Positions 38,883 through 50,151 of a stretch of 64,000 nucleotides of DNA are shown here, one piece after another. Numbering within the stretch: the stretch's first letter is position 1; each line of letters starts with the position of its first letter. The notes under the pieces were generated by a model, which was not told where the DNA came from, did not search any database, and was given only the letters and a program-made list of their open reading frames with translations. Position numbers and translations under genes: made by a program. Origin of the DNA: a virus; IMG/VR virus record IMGVR_UViG_3300008952_003220, positions 70,714 to 134,713 of that record; one strand, given 5' to 3'.

Positions 38883-39374
38883 ATGAATATCTTTGAAGAC
38901 ATCGAAGACCTTAAAGGCTTTCTAGATCTTGAAAGCGAGAAAATCCCTATCTATGTTACAAGTGGTGGCTTTGATCCGATGCATGTCGGGCACCTCAGGT
39001 GTATTCTCGAGACAGGAAAGATGGCTGATCAAGATGGTGGATTTGTTGTCATCATTCTAAACGGTGATGGATTTTTGCAGAGAAAGAAAGGCGCCGTCTT
39101 TATGCCAGAGAGAGAAAGAGCAGAGATCATATCTGGCATCCGGGGTGTCGATGCCGTCCTAATTTGGGATGACGGGTCACAGACAGTTGTTGGTGCGCTC
39201 GAGCAGATCGAACCTGACTATTTTACCAAGGGAGGAGACCGCGCAGCCCCTGAGGACATTCCAGAGTGGGGGATCTGCCAGGAGGTCGGCTGCAAGGTCA
39301 TATTCAATGTCGGTGGCGGTAAGGTCCAAAGTTCATCTTGGCTTATAAGCGCTGCTAAAAAAGACTCAAGCTAG
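38883..39374 (+). CDS. Cytidylyl/adenylyltransferase-like protein
   Basis: SGGFDPMHVGH, ERAEII, FTKGGDR, KVQSSS. Confidence 0.85.
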   Translation: MNIFEDIEDLKGFLDLESEKIPIYVTSGGFDPMHVGHLRCILETGKMADQDGGFVVIILNGDGFLQRKKGAVFMPERERAEIISGIRGVDAVLIWDDGSQTVVGALEQIEPDYFTKGGDRAAPEDIPEWGICQEVGCKVIFNVGGGKVQSSSWLISAAKKDSS

Positions 39375-39400
39375 TGCATATTTATAGGTGAGGGCTAAGC

Positions 39401-40021
39401 ATGAAGATCACTAGTGAGCAGCTAAGAAGAGTTATAAAAGAAGAGCTCAAGATTCTCAGTGAAGATGAGGGCACAACTTTTGACAGAGCTGGAATTACAT
39501 TTCCCATTGATCGGCCCGGGACAGTAGAGTCAGAGAGATATGCCGACATATCGCGGATCTCAGACTGGATTCACGTAGCTCTGCGCACAGCTGATAGAAT
39601 GGAAACTACTGTTCAAGACATTAAAGAGGTATTACTACCACTATATCAATCCAGGGAGGAGTATGAGGAGTTGCGGTTGCAAATATTTGACAGCGTCGGC
39701 GCTCAGCGTGCTGTTGTAGCTCAGCAGCTTAGCCCAAGAATATCCCAGGTCAAAATAGGGCTAGAGGCCGCAACTGTAGCCCTTGAAAGCATGCAAAGTG
39801 AAGTCGCAGTCTTAGAAGAGATTATTCTTCAAGCAGCCCCCGCGGAGATACAGTCGCTCGAGGAAAGAGTTGCAGGGATTCTTGACCCACTCAGAGGGGA
39901 TGTAATCGAGACAGAAGAGGAATCATTGGTTCCAGTAGAGCAGGTTGAACCAGGAGATGCTAGGCGGGCTGAGCGTCAGCGACGTCGTCAACGACGTCGT
40001 CAACGGAGACGAGAGCAGTGA
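39401..40021 (+). CDS. Leader-family coiled-coil protein
   Basis: MKITSEQLRRVIKEELKILSE; ATATTTAT upstream. Confidence 0.72.
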   Translation: MKITSEQLRRVIKEELKILSEDEGTTFDRAGITFPIDRPGTVESERYADISRISDWIHVALRTADRMETTVQDIKEVLLPLYQSREEYEELRLQIFDSVGAQRAVVAQQLSPRISQVKIGLEAATVALESMQSEVAVLEEIILQAAPAEIQSLEERVAGILDPLRGDVIETEEESLVPVEQVEPGDARRAERQRRRQRRRQRRREQ

Positions 40022-40386
40022 AGACAACCAGGAGACAGCTAAGACGTCTTATCAGTGAGGAGATTCGTCTCTACTTAAGCGAGGCTTTTTCTCAAGATAA
40101 AGAAGATGAAGCAAGAGAAAAGATTGTTCAAGCTGTTGAGCTAGCCCTGGGGGGATTTAAGAGAAGGACCTTTCTAAATCCCAAGGAAGTGATGGCTTTA
40201 GAGAACGGCCTAATGTCTGTTGGATTAAATCCAGATGATTTCAACATAGACCCAGGTCACCAATTACCTCGTGGGCGAGCTAACAGACAAGGCCAGCCGT
40301 GCACAGTTGCTATATATCTAGATAGACACGCATATCACTTTGAGTTTGATAGAAAGCTTGGAATAAGGGAAGTTGACAGAACATGA
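40018..40386 (+). CDS. Leader-family protein
   Basis: MKTTRRQLRRLISEEIRLYLSE. Confidence 0.7.
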   Translation: MKTTRRQLRRLISEEIRLYLSEAFSQDKEDEAREKIVQAVELALGGFKRRTFLNPKEVMALENGLMSVGLNPDDFNIDPGHQLPRGRANRQGQPCTVAIYLDRHAYHFEFDRKLGIREVDRT

Positions 40387-41444
40387 AAATAACAAGAAAA
40401 CAGCCAAGAAGACTGATAAAAGAATCCACCTACGAAGAGATCGCAAGAATTCGTGACAGCGGAGACTACGAATGGATGGATATGGAATACGAAGTAGTAG
40501 ACTTAATGGAGTCTATGCAGACATTCCCAGCGAAAGATGTTATTGATATAATGTATTCCGCACTTGATGCTGAAAATAGAAGTGACGTGGGCTTCTGGCA
40601 CATGATGTTGAGTGATGGAGGTCATCTTTACGAAGCATTAGATGCATTGAAGGATGAAGAACGGAGACTGGCAGGAGATGGAGAGCTGAGTGATGCTGAA
40701 GCAGTTCAGCTCCATGCCCTTGCTGATGAAGCAATTGAAGATGCTCTGACAGAACAGACGACAAAGATCACACGCAGACAATTAAGAAGTCTAATCAAAG
40801 AAGAGATGGGCCGACTTATCAACGAGCAGGATTATGACGAATCAAACCTCTATACACACGCTGATGGGCAAGAGCTTGTTAACAGGCTTAGAGTCGTTAA
40901 TCCCAGACTGGCAAGAAAATATGAAGAGAGTCTCGATACACTTTTCGACAACGGAGACAAGACTGGTCTTTCTATGCGTGTTCGGCAAATGCTCTATGAT
41001 CTCGAGGCAGATACAATCATAGATGATGTAGATGAATTTCAACCAGGGTTTTCTGAGTACGGATCTGGACATGGGGCTGAGCTCGGCGGTGGGATGACTT
41101 CACAAGACTACTATTCTACTTTAAGGCAGCAGTGGAAAGAAGAAACAGGAGACGGAGAGCTTTCACCCGACGAGGCAGCGCGCCTTCGGGCCCTGACAGC
41201 CGACGCAATCGCTGATGCAGAGTCAGATAAACCAGCCCCTCTAGTGATGCCAGACCCAGCTACCGGAATATCTCTCGGTCTTGATCAACAGGCATTCGGA
41301 TCCTCAGGAGATCCTGAAATGGAAGCTGAGGTGGGACTTGCTCTTGCTCTGGACACTGGCGAGCCAGGAGAGATCGAGGCAGCTGTCAAGAAACTAGAGG
41401 ATCTAGGCTATTCCCCGCAAGAGATCTCCGACATGGGCGGATAG
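40383..41444 (+). CDS. Protein with two leaders and two GDGELS modules
   Basis: N-terminal leader and internal KITRRQLRSLIKEEM; GDGELSDAEA, GDGELSPDEA. Confidence 0.75.
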   Translation: MKITRKQPRRLIKESTYEEIARIRDSGDYEWMDMEYEVVDLMESMQTFPAKDVIDIMYSALDAENRSDVGFWHMMLSDGGHLYEALDALKDEERRLAGDGELSDAEAVQLHALADEAIEDALTEQTTKITRRQLRSLIKEEMGRLINEQDYDESNLYTHADGQELVNRLRVVNPRLARKYEESLDTLFDNGDKTGLSMRVRQMLYDLEADTIIDDVDEFQPGFSEYGSGHGAELGGGMTSQDYYSTLRQQWKEETGDGELSPDEAARLRALTADAIADAESDKPAPLVMPDPATGISLGLDQQAFGSSGDPEMEAEVGLALALDTGEPGEIEAAVKKLEDLGYSPQEISDMGG

Positions 41445-41459
41445 TAAACAGTCTATTAC

Positions 41460-41488
41460 GTGTAAACTAGACACTCCTGTGGTACAAT
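41460..41488 (+). promoter_or_regulatory. GTGTAA-N17-TACAAT promoter
   Basis: Consensus match, AAGGAGG RBS follows. Confidence 0.72.
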
Positions 41489-41612
41489 AAATGTATTAAG
41501 GAGGAATGATGCTAGCGTTTGTTATGGACGTCCTAACTGTTGCAGTTGGCGTCCATGTTTATTTTATGGCTAAAGACTGGCGTGATCGCCGACGATATCG
41601 ATAGGAGAAGAG

Positions 41613-42234
41613 ATGCTTACAGATAAGCAGATTCAAGAACAGCTTACAACACTTCGTTTAAATTTCGACCCTGAGTCCCCGTTCAAGGGAATGATTGATC
41701 TCTATAGTGATGGAGGTCTAATGACATTGGGTACTGATGAGCAGTGGCAGGTTCACGATGCAATGAGTGACGATCTGAAAGGGATGGTCTTTGGAGAGAG
41801 TGATGAGATTTCCTCTCACTGAAACTCAAGCCGTCATCCTCGTTAAGCTCATCAACAAAGAGAAGATTCTCAGGCGTGATATGATGATCCTAGACATGGT
41901 CATCCTCACTCAAGTTGGCGCCATTAGAATGCGCAAAGAAGGGCTCACGATCACGAAGGCCGGCAAGCTCCGGTTCGTCAAGTGGGCTCGCAAACAAGGA
42001 ATGGTGAAATAAATGGTTGATCTATCTAAGACATCTCCTGGTGATCTCGTATGGTTCAAGGTCTGGTGGCAGGCCCGACCTCTCTACGGTGAGGTTCTAA
42101 AGCTCATTCCAGACGAGGAAGCAATTGAGGTTCTAACCCCGCTTGACGGATACCGCACTGTCTGGATCAAGAACGCATTCTTCGAGGAGAAGAAGGCCAG
42201 GAAATCAGAGTATCAAAAGTACGGTAGCGTGTAA
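41613..42234 (+). other. Three small hypothetical genes (41613, 41791, 42013); the last is KOW-like
   Basis: Adjacent ORFs; SPGDLVWF. Confidence 0.5.
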
Positions 42235-42257
42235 TAAGCGCTAAGCTGTGGTATAAT
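42229..42257 (+). promoter_or_regulatory. GTGTAA-N17-TATAAT promoter
   Basis: The -35 hexamer includes the upstream stop codon. Confidence 0.72.
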
Positions 42258-42277
42258 ATAAGTGTCAAGGAGGAAAT

Positions 42278-42598
42278 ATGACTTTTACCCGTAAGCAATA
42301 CCTGGCAGGCGAATGCACTCACGACCAGTACTACGATCAGCTTGTCACGGAGGAATTGAAGAATACAGTTCTTCGTTCCATTCCTGAGAAGCAGATCATG
42401 TGGAGCAGGGATGAGAGCTTCAATGACATTCCTCTTCGATCCTGGGACTGGCTGGCAAAGTTTAACCCAGTTGAACCAAAGAAGTTCAAAGAACTAGGAG
42501 ATTTCAGCACACTGGCTGGTCAGGTCTGTGCACTGAAGGCTGCAGCTCGTCAGATTCGTGAGGAGTCTGAGGGTCGCCCAGTCGCAACCTATCTGTAG
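42278..42598 (+). CDS. Hypothetical phage protein
   Basis: TRKQYLAGECTHDQYYDQLV...FNDIPLRSWD. Confidence 0.65.
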   Translation: MTFTRKQYLAGECTHDQYYDQLVTEELKNTVLRSIPEKQIMWSRDESFNDIPLRSWDWLAKFNPVEPKKFKELGDFSTLAGQVCALKAAARQIREESEGRPVATYL

Positions 42599-42607
42599 AG
42601 ACAATCA

Positions 42608-42856
42608 ATGTTTGAAGACAACCCATATTCCCTGTATGACAAGCCTGGACAGAAAGAGGCTACAGCGGATATCAATGCGTTTATGGACAGTGTTCAGAGA
42701 GAAGTAGCTGCACATCAGGAGAACCTCAGCGCGCTTTGGAAAGAGCTTCGGGAGCTGGCTGATAAGTATAGCTCTCTGGGTGCGGCTGACACAGAGTCAC
42801 GCTACGCCATTGAGTTTGAGTTTCGAAAGCGGACAGAAATCAATGAAAGTCGGTGA
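42608..42856 (+). CDS. Hypothetical protein
   Basis: LGAADTESR; ends in junction repeat (NESR). Confidence 0.6.
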   Translation: MFEDNPYSLYDKPGQKEATADINAFMDSVQREVAAHQENLSALWKELRELADKYSSLGAADTESRYAIEFEFRKRTEINESR

Positions 42857-43593
42857 TGTAGTTAAGGAACGCTGTAGCGGCCAAGTCGGGCTTGTTATTG
42901 AGAGACACAGTCGAGCGGAACTGGAGGGTAGCCCTAACAGTGACTTCACAGTTAGCTATCAATATAAAGTGCTGTTTGGCACAGAGACAGTGTTCGTTCG
43001 AAATACTAGGTCAGTTGAGGTGATAAGTGAAGCTCGGTGACGTTATATACGATTCTCACTACGGACAGAACGGTATGGTCGTTGAGGTGTCTGAGTGCGG
43101 TGTATTCTGCACTGTTCTCTACTCTGACGGTATTTCTGAAAGGGGCATTCGGGCTAATGAGCCTGGAATTGAGGTGATTAGTGACTGACAAAGAGATTAT
43201 TCGTGAGGCATTCTTCGCACTGTCGGGCTTTCGAAGCCCGTCACTAACAAAGAAGCAGCAAGAGCAGGAACTGGAAAGATGTTGGAAGGTGCTAGCAGAA
43301 GCTGTATACGGGAGTGGAGAAGAAAATGAAACTCGGTGACTGCATAGTTATTTTTTCTTTTGTGTTTGTTGGGATTCCGCTCATTGGACTGCTGACAGCT
43401 TTTGTCGAGATTCTTATGGGTGTACTGTGAAAGTCGGTGACTTGGTAAGATGGAAGGGTCACAGCAAGATACCTGGTATTGTCTTGGCAACAAAGCAGAC
43501 GAAGGGGGCATTTAGACGAACTGCTGTGCTTGCGTATATTCCCGAATGCCCAGAACCAGAATGGTTTTTGAAAAGCGAGCTGGAGTTGGTAAA

Positions 43594-43926
43594 ATGAAAG
43601 CCTATGACGGTTTTGCAATTCTTATTCTGTCTGGTTGCTTAGTTCAAGAGAAAGATACGGGACATGAGAACGATTTCCCAATTGAGTCTGTGAGCTGCAC
43701 TCACCCTGATTCGGATTACGAAGCTGTTGTTGAAGTCGCTGTCGAAGATAGCTATGAATGGGAAGATATCCATTTCCAGATTCATCAATACGAAGAGACA
43801 TGGGACACACTTCTGTGGAAGCCTGGTGATGAAGACACAGCTTGGTATACAAGAATGCAGATTATGGAGCTCGACTGTCGGGCTGGATATGATTATGACT
43901 TTCTATATGTAGAGGGTGATTTGTGA
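43594..43926 (+). CDS. Putative acidic lipoprotein inside the array
   Basis: FAILILSGC lipobox-like. Confidence 0.5.
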   Translation: MKAYDGFAILILSGCLVQEKDTGHENDFPIESVSCTHPDSDYEAVVEVAVEDSYEWEDIHFQIHQYEETWDTLLWKPGDEDTAWYTRMQIMELDCRAGYDYDFLYVEGDL

Positions 43927-45811
43927 AACCTGGTGAACGCATGAATCCAGGTGACCTAGTTAGGGTAATCCATGAGGATGATCAACAGTTCACTTGTGAG
44001 ACGGCGTCGTACGTCTGGCATGAGTTCATGGGGAAGTTCGGAATGATCGTCTCAATGGCAAAGCGGCTTCATATCCCAGCTGCCAAGGTTCTTATCAAGG
44101 GAGCTGTGGCTGAGTTTGATCTTGATGAGCTGGAGACATTATGACTATTTGTGAAACCTATGCAAGTCGGTGACTTGGTGAGATGCACCTGGCAGCCTCG
44201 GTCATCCGGGCATGTCAAGGGAATTGGGTGCCTTGGGCCACCACCACTCATCAAGGGAGAGTACGGAATTATTGTTAACCAGCGGCTTGATATTAACCAT
44301 CATACAATATTGTTTCCAAGGTTTGGATATGAGCATACACTTTCTCCAAACGCGTTTGAGGTGATCAGTGAAAGCCGGTGATTTGGTAAGATTTAAGAAT
44401 ATTGGTGGACCAGCTAAGGCATGGGGGTCATATGGGCTCATCACAAGAATCCACCATCATCGTCATGTAATAGGGCGGATCTACCTTCTCACAAGATTTG
44501 GGCTGGCTACAGTTCCATTTTCTAAGAGAAGTAGATATCTTGAGGTCGTAAAGTGAAAAGCTTTAGAAGTGAGGAAATGTGAGCTGTCTTAGTTCTCTTT
44601 TTTGGATGGATCCAGTGATCATCTTAGTGTCATCTATTTCTGTTTTTTTCGCTCTAAGTTGGTTTTTGGAAAAGATTGCTGATAAGCTTGGAATAAAGGA
44701 TGAAGAAGATTGAAGGTTGGTGACTTGGTTCGATATAGGGCTGGTAAGGGCTTCGGTCCGATTGCGATTGTTGTCGATGAAAGTCCATCAATCTCTGACT
44801 TTCATCGACGAATCAGAGTGATGTGGCTCGGAAACAAGAAACCCGTTGCTTCTCATGCATTTTCAGTCAATGGAAAGAGGGTTAGTACTTGGGTTCATCC
44901 AAAAAAGTTTGAGGTGATCAGTGAAAGTCGGTGACTTGGTGAGGCACAAACGTTCAGAATGTGGAATGACAGGAATCATTGTGGAAGTTCATGTTAACAA
45001 AACTCCCATCGTCCTGTGGGGCGATGGTCGACGTGGTCAATGCATCCCAGCATATCTTGAGGTGATCAGTGAAGCTTGGTGACTTGGTGACTATGCCTGG
45101 TACGTGGATTAGAAACATGGACGATGGCAACGGATTGGGAATGGTGGTAGAATTGCCTTTTGTCGGTCCTAACGGAGAAACGCAACAAACTCCGCGAGTC
45201 GGCATATTGTGGTCGGATGGAGAAGGAATTGACTGGGAGCCTGAAACATGGCTGGAGGTAATCAGTGAAAGTCGGTGATCTAATTAGACACACGAAGACA
45301 GGTTGGACAGCGATGATTCTTAAATTGCCTCGATCTACTTCGGATGCGGGAATGATGACGGTACTCACTTTCGAAGGTGAGGGTCAGTGGAGAATGTCTT
45401 CATGCGAGGTGATCAGTGAAAGTCATTAGACCGGGATCTCACGCGAGAGTCGGAGACTACATTCGAGAAGGTTGGGATACTGAGACAAGAAGTATTCAGC
45501 CTCCATACAACTATGGCATTGTCATTAAGACAGAGACGCGCACTTTGGGACCTTACACGCAAGAGCAGATCGATGAATCGCCAATTAGGAAGATTTATTT
45601 TCTAACTAATGGTGGAAAGATAATGGCGAGGTATGCGGTGCACATAGAGGTAATCAGTGAAAGTCGGTGATCTGGTACGGGTAATGAGTCGAGAGGGTAA
45701 TATCGGACTAATCGTAAAGATTGAAGAGTATTATCTTATGGCTCAAAAAGCTAAGCATGCACTTCTTCACACTGGAGAGAGTTTTCGTCTTCACGAGCTG
45801 GAGGTGGTTTA

Positions 45812-46198
45812 ATGAAAGCTGGTGACCTAGTCTTCTGGGGTTTATTCGGTATGATGATAGAGGTATGCTTTACTGCGCTAAGAAGCTTGATTATAGATAA
45901 GAAGCTTAATTTAGTTGGACACACTTCTGTGTGGATGTTTCCCATATATGCCTTAGGACTTTCTTATGGTTTCGATTTTGTGTTGTGGTTAATTAAAAAT
46001 GACGTGATTCGGTATCTCACGTACCCCTTGTGGATTTGGGGAGTCGAGCTTGCAGTAGGGATTCCAGCTTCAAGAATGGGAATTTTACTGTGGAACTATG
46101 ATTATCTTCCTAAGCAGCTGCATTGGAAAGGAATAATCAGCTTTGCTCACTACCCGCTGTGGGCAGGTTTTGGTATATTGGTGGAGATGATTAAATGA
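45812..46198 (+). CDS. Multi-TM membrane protein carrying the MKAGDLV start
   Basis: EVCFT...GHTSVWMFPIY...WGVELAVG...WNY...GII. Confidence 0.65.
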   Translation: MKAGDLVFWGLFGMMIEVCFTALRSLIIDKKLNLVGHTSVWMFPIYALGLSYGFDFVLWLIKNDVIRYLTYPLWIWGVELAVGIPASRMGILLWNYDYLPKQLHWKGIISFAHYPLWAGFGILVEMIK

Positions 46199-46760
46199 AA
46201 GTAGGTGATGTTGTTCGCATACCAGCAGGAGCTAGGGATGCCTTTAGAATGAGATCTGATGTCGGAATGATTGTTGGAAAGATTCCCAGAAAGGATAAGT
46301 ACCCAGACGATCTCGAGGTTTTGGTCGATGGTATTATCCATGCCCTAGGGTTTCAGATAAAGGTTGATCCGCTTTTTAAGGTGATTAGTGAAGCTGGGTG
46401 ATCTGGTCCAGATACAAAGCTGGTGTCGAAGCAAGGGTAGAATGGCACATGTTGTGGAAACATTCTGGTGGGATACTTCTCGAGTAAGGATTCAATTTCT
46501 TGATAAAGCAGGACTATCTCAAAAGCCCTCTGATGCAGCAGTATCTAATTTAATAGTGCTTCAGGCAGTAGAGTGAAAGCCGGAGATCTAGTTTATGATG
46601 ACAGCATTGGACTTATTGGTATTATCATCGGTGTTTCGACTGTGGGATATCGAGGATCGGAAATGTACGATGTCTTATTTCAACCTGTCTTCTCAGGTGA
46701 GATATTCATTGCTGAAGTGTTCTCTAAAGATCTGACGATTATCGGTGAGACATAAGTTTC

Positions 46761-46789
46761 GTGCAGCCTTGAATTAGCTGTGGTATAAT
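46761..46789 (+). promoter_or_regulatory. GTGCAG-N17-TATAAT promoter
   Basis: Consensus match, AAGGAG RBS follows. Confidence 0.72.
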
Positions 46790-46817
46790 AAGAACATACA
46801 AAACAAGGAGAAAAACA

Positions 46818-47123
46818 ATGCCACTTTCAGCAAATGAACTAATGCTAGATGCTAAGATGCTCAATCTCGAAGAGATGCTTGAGCTCAACAGCTTCCTCGT
46901 CAGTCAAATCAAGAAAGAACAGAAACGTCAAGCACGTCAGAACAAAGCTAGCCTCTCTGTCGGAGACGCAGTTAGGTTCTCAGACAATGACGGTCTCGTC
47001 ACCCACGGCAAGGTTACGAAGATCATGCGTACAAAGGCCCTGGTTGACGTTGGCCCTTGTGTCTGGCGTGTCCCAATGCATCACCTGACCAAGGTTAAGA
47101 TGCCTACCGGGTTTGCTGTATAA
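46818..47123 (+). CDS. Helical N-terminus plus SH3-like domain protein
   Basis: LSVGDAVRF...GKVTKI...WRVP. Confidence 0.65.
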   Translation: MPLSANELMLDAKMLNLEEMLELNSFLVSQIKKEQKRQARQNKASLSVGDAVRFSDNDGLVTHGKVTKIMRTKALVDVGPCVWRVPMHHLTKVKMPTGFAV

Positions 47124-47446
47124 TGGCGACGCTTCTAGAAAGACTTCGAAACCACGACTGGTTCTACGCATACTCTGACGATCACCGTGTGTGGAAGCGC
47201 GGTGAGCAGCGTACCAAGGAGCTCTACAGCGAGCTCGTCAAGAGGGAGTGTCCATACAATATGGGTGACATTCGTATGACAGTTCAAAAGATGATTCTTG
47301 AAGACTTCACAGAGGTTGAGACTAATCGATGGTATCGAGACCCTGAGAAGACTCGATATGTGGCACCTGCACAGAGATCTGAGCTTATTGAGAGATCACG
47401 TGCTGAAGAGGTTCTGAGGTGGATTGATTCAAATGAAAATCGGTGA
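47123..47446 (+). CDS. Hypothetical phage protein
   Basis: LRNHDWFYAYSDDHRVWKRG. Confidence 0.65.
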   Translation: MATLLERLRNHDWFYAYSDDHRVWKRGEQRTKELYSELVKRECPYNMGDIRMTVQKMILEDFTEVETNRWYRDPEKTRYVAPAQRSELIERSRAEEVLRWIDSNENR

Positions 47447-49116
47447 TCTTGTAAGATATAAGTACCCCGATGTCATGGACCCGTGTGTTGGTCTTCTTAT
47501 TAAGATTGACAAGAAGGCTAAGCGAGGATATCATCAGTACGGAGTGATGTGGGACTTTCTTCATGGCAGGATCGGTTGGCAAAAAAAGAGTGAGATCGAG
47601 GTGATAGATGAAAGTCGGTGACCTGGTGATGATTGAAGCCAGGAACAAGAAGCAAACGCTAAGGCCTCCATACTATGGAAAGACTGGAATCATTGTCGGT
47701 CATAATCCTGGTCCGCTTGGCAGCCCTGAGTGGGTTGTTGTTGTCGATAGGAAGGTTAGACAGATTAGTTATCTCTATCTGAAGGTTGTAAATGAAAGTC
47801 GGTGATTTGATAAAGTGCCCAAACAGGCGTCCAGTTCGACAGGGACTCATTATCGAGACTGGTGTGTATGTTGGCAGAAAAGATATTAAGGTTTTGTGGA
47901 GCAATGGTTCGATTTGGACTGAGCGGAGCAAAGATATGGAGACTATCAATGAAAGTCGGTGATCTTGTCAGGGTCTTTGAAAAAAGAGCTTGTGGCGGGG
48001 TTTCAAATGGAGCCATCGGCTTGGTCTTAGAAGAAGACAATAGCCAAATAACAACTCCACGATGGAAGATCATGTGGCTATCAGGAAACGAGATGACGGG
48101 TAGGCTTAAGACTAGTCGAATGAAAGAAAGTGTAACTTATGGACATGGACTAGAGGTGATCAGTGAAAGCCGGTGATCTTGTGAAGCTCAAAGTGGGTGA
48201 AGAGCCTCGAAATAAAAGAGAAATAGGCACAGTCATACAGATTGATGCGTACATTACATCTGTAGGAATGGAACCGATGGCAGAGGTCCTGTGGAATACG
48301 GGAGAGACTGGGTGGATATTATCTAATAGAGTTGAGGTGCTAAGTGAAAGCAGGTGATTTGGTAAGGCTCAGGAAGTCTCATCCAGCTGTACAGCGCTGG
48401 CGGAAAAGCTATCGGAGGCTCGGGCACCCCTTCATTGGGAAGTGGGCAGACGCGGCTGTTCCCCTGCTTGTTCTCGAAGAGTGTGACCACTCTATTGACC
48501 GGTGGAGGGTAATCGGTCCAGGCGGCGCGCTTGCATCTTTTGACGGATTTTTGCTCATTCGATACGGAGCGCGAAATGAAAGTCGGTGATGTGGTCCAGT
48601 TTCTACAAGAAAGGTTTAAAAGATCTCATATTGATCAGTGCGGAATATGGGATTGTAAAATCGGAATTCTAGTTAAATACGAAGGCTCTGATTCAATGAC
48701 ATCAGTCTTTTGCGATGGTAAGCTTTTTCAGATTCATGAAAGTAGAATTGAATATCTGGACCAGGAGTTTCAGTTAGATGAAGGCTGGTGATCTTGTTTA
48801 CGCAATTTACGACCTTGAGCGAGGGCTCAGTACAGTTGGTATAGTCCTGGAAGTGGAAAAAGATAATGTAAAAGTGCTGTGGTCATCGCCATCGAATCCA
48901 ATGGGATGGTGGCGAAAGAATCAGCTGGAGATTATGCATGAAGGTAGGTAATCGAGTCCTAAAAGATCAAGTCCTAAATCATAAAGACGCTGAAGGAATA
49001 GTTACTAAGATCACGAAGGAACATACAATTATTCAGTGGGATAATATAAACGGCGAATGGCACTACAGAAGTGATCAGCTAAAAGATATAAAGGTCTTAG
49101 ATGGAGGACACAAAAA

Positions 49117-49959
49117 ATGAAAGTAGTCTTGTTTGATGCGATGAATCTGATACACAGATCAAGAAACTCATTTAGTAAAGGTGAGCATCCTCTGACATAT
49201 AGCTTCTTTAGATGTTTTAAGCCGCTAGTAGAAAAGTTTAACGCTGATCTAGCATATTTTGTTCTAGAGGGAAATCCATTACACAGGTCTGGGGAATATT
49301 CAGAATACAAGTCAAATCGTCCAGCACAGCCAAGTTCATTTTGGAGACAGTGTGGGGAGATCCTTGAGACAATGAAGAGCTTACCGATAGTTCAGATTAG
49401 GCATCCAGACTATGAGTGTGATGATGTCATAGCCAATCTCGCTAAATATCATTGCGACTCTGGAAATGAAGTCATTATTGTTTCTTTCGATTCAGACTTT
49501 ATTCAGGTGTTTGACAATATGAATCCAGATCTAGTGAAAATATATCACCCAATCAAGAAGGTCTTTATTGAGAATCCAGACTACATCTATCTCGACTGGA
49601 AGGCACTGAGGGGTGATGTGAGTGACAATATTCCAGGTATAAAGGGCGTAGGAGATAAGACAGCGACAAAGATTATCAATGACCAAGCACTTATGGAAAA
49701 GACTCTAGCTGATCCACAGAAGAAAATGATATTTGATAGAAACAGGTCGCTGATCCAGTTTCACTGGTTTGACGATCTGTCAAATGATCTTCAAGATTCG
49801 GGATCAGAGGTCGTCTATCCTAATATATCTTTTGATGAAGTAAGGTCTAGCTTTGCTGGAATGAACTTTGATAGCATGTTGTCAGATAGGTATTGGACCA
49901 AGTTTGTGGCTGCCTTTGAGTCTCTTGTAGCAGGTACTGTTAATGATAAATGTCGGTGA
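49117..49959 (+). CDS. 5'-3' exonuclease / flap endonuclease (T4 RNase H, PolI N-terminal family)
   Basis: FDAMNL, YKSNR, YECDDVI, SFDSDFIQ, ALRGDVSDNIPGIKGVGDKTA. Confidence 0.92.
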   Translation: MKVVLFDAMNLIHRSRNSFSKGEHPLTYSFFRCFKPLVEKFNADLAYFVLEGNPLHRSGEYSEYKSNRPAQPSSFWRQCGEILETMKSLPIVQIRHPDYECDDVIANLAKYHCDSGNEVIIVSFDSDFIQVFDNMNPDLVKIYHPIKKVFIENPDYIYLDWKALRGDVSDNIPGIKGVGDKTATKIINDQALMEKTLADPQKKMIFDRNRSLIQFHWFDDLSNDLQDSGSEVVYPNISFDEVRSSFAGMNFDSMLSDRYWTKFVAAFESLVAGTVNDKCR

Positions 49960-50151
49960 TCTAGTCATTGTTAAGAATGATCTGTCTGTCTGGTATGACA
50001 AGGCTGTTGGTGTGATTGTTGAGATCATTGGAGACCGAGATCAAAGAACTGCAGTAGCCCGGGTTCTTCTTGAAGACGGAGCTTTGGGTGTAGCCTATCT
50101 AAGAAATTGTGAAAAGATAGAAGACGCTGATAAAATCTAGAACACAGTTTT

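Larger units (their letters stand above)
42843..50140 (+). repeat. Array of about 25 translationally coupled mini-genes joined by GAGGTGATCAGTGAAAGTCGGTGA-type repeats
   Basis: Junctions at 43017, 43171, 44358, 44911, 45059, 45255, 45406, 45647, 46378, 47598, 47939, 48153, 48334 plus degenerate copies; includes untracked ORFs 43027-43188, 43181-43339, 43326-43430, 43427-43597, 44921-45082, 45265-45429, 45657-45812, 47792-47962, 48778-48951. Confidence 0.85.

Noticed and set aside
42833-50140. CRISPR array or integron cassette array
   Set aside because: The units are coding ORFs of about 100-400 nt, and the repeat is degenerate and not an attC-like palindrome. No cas or integrase gene is visible.
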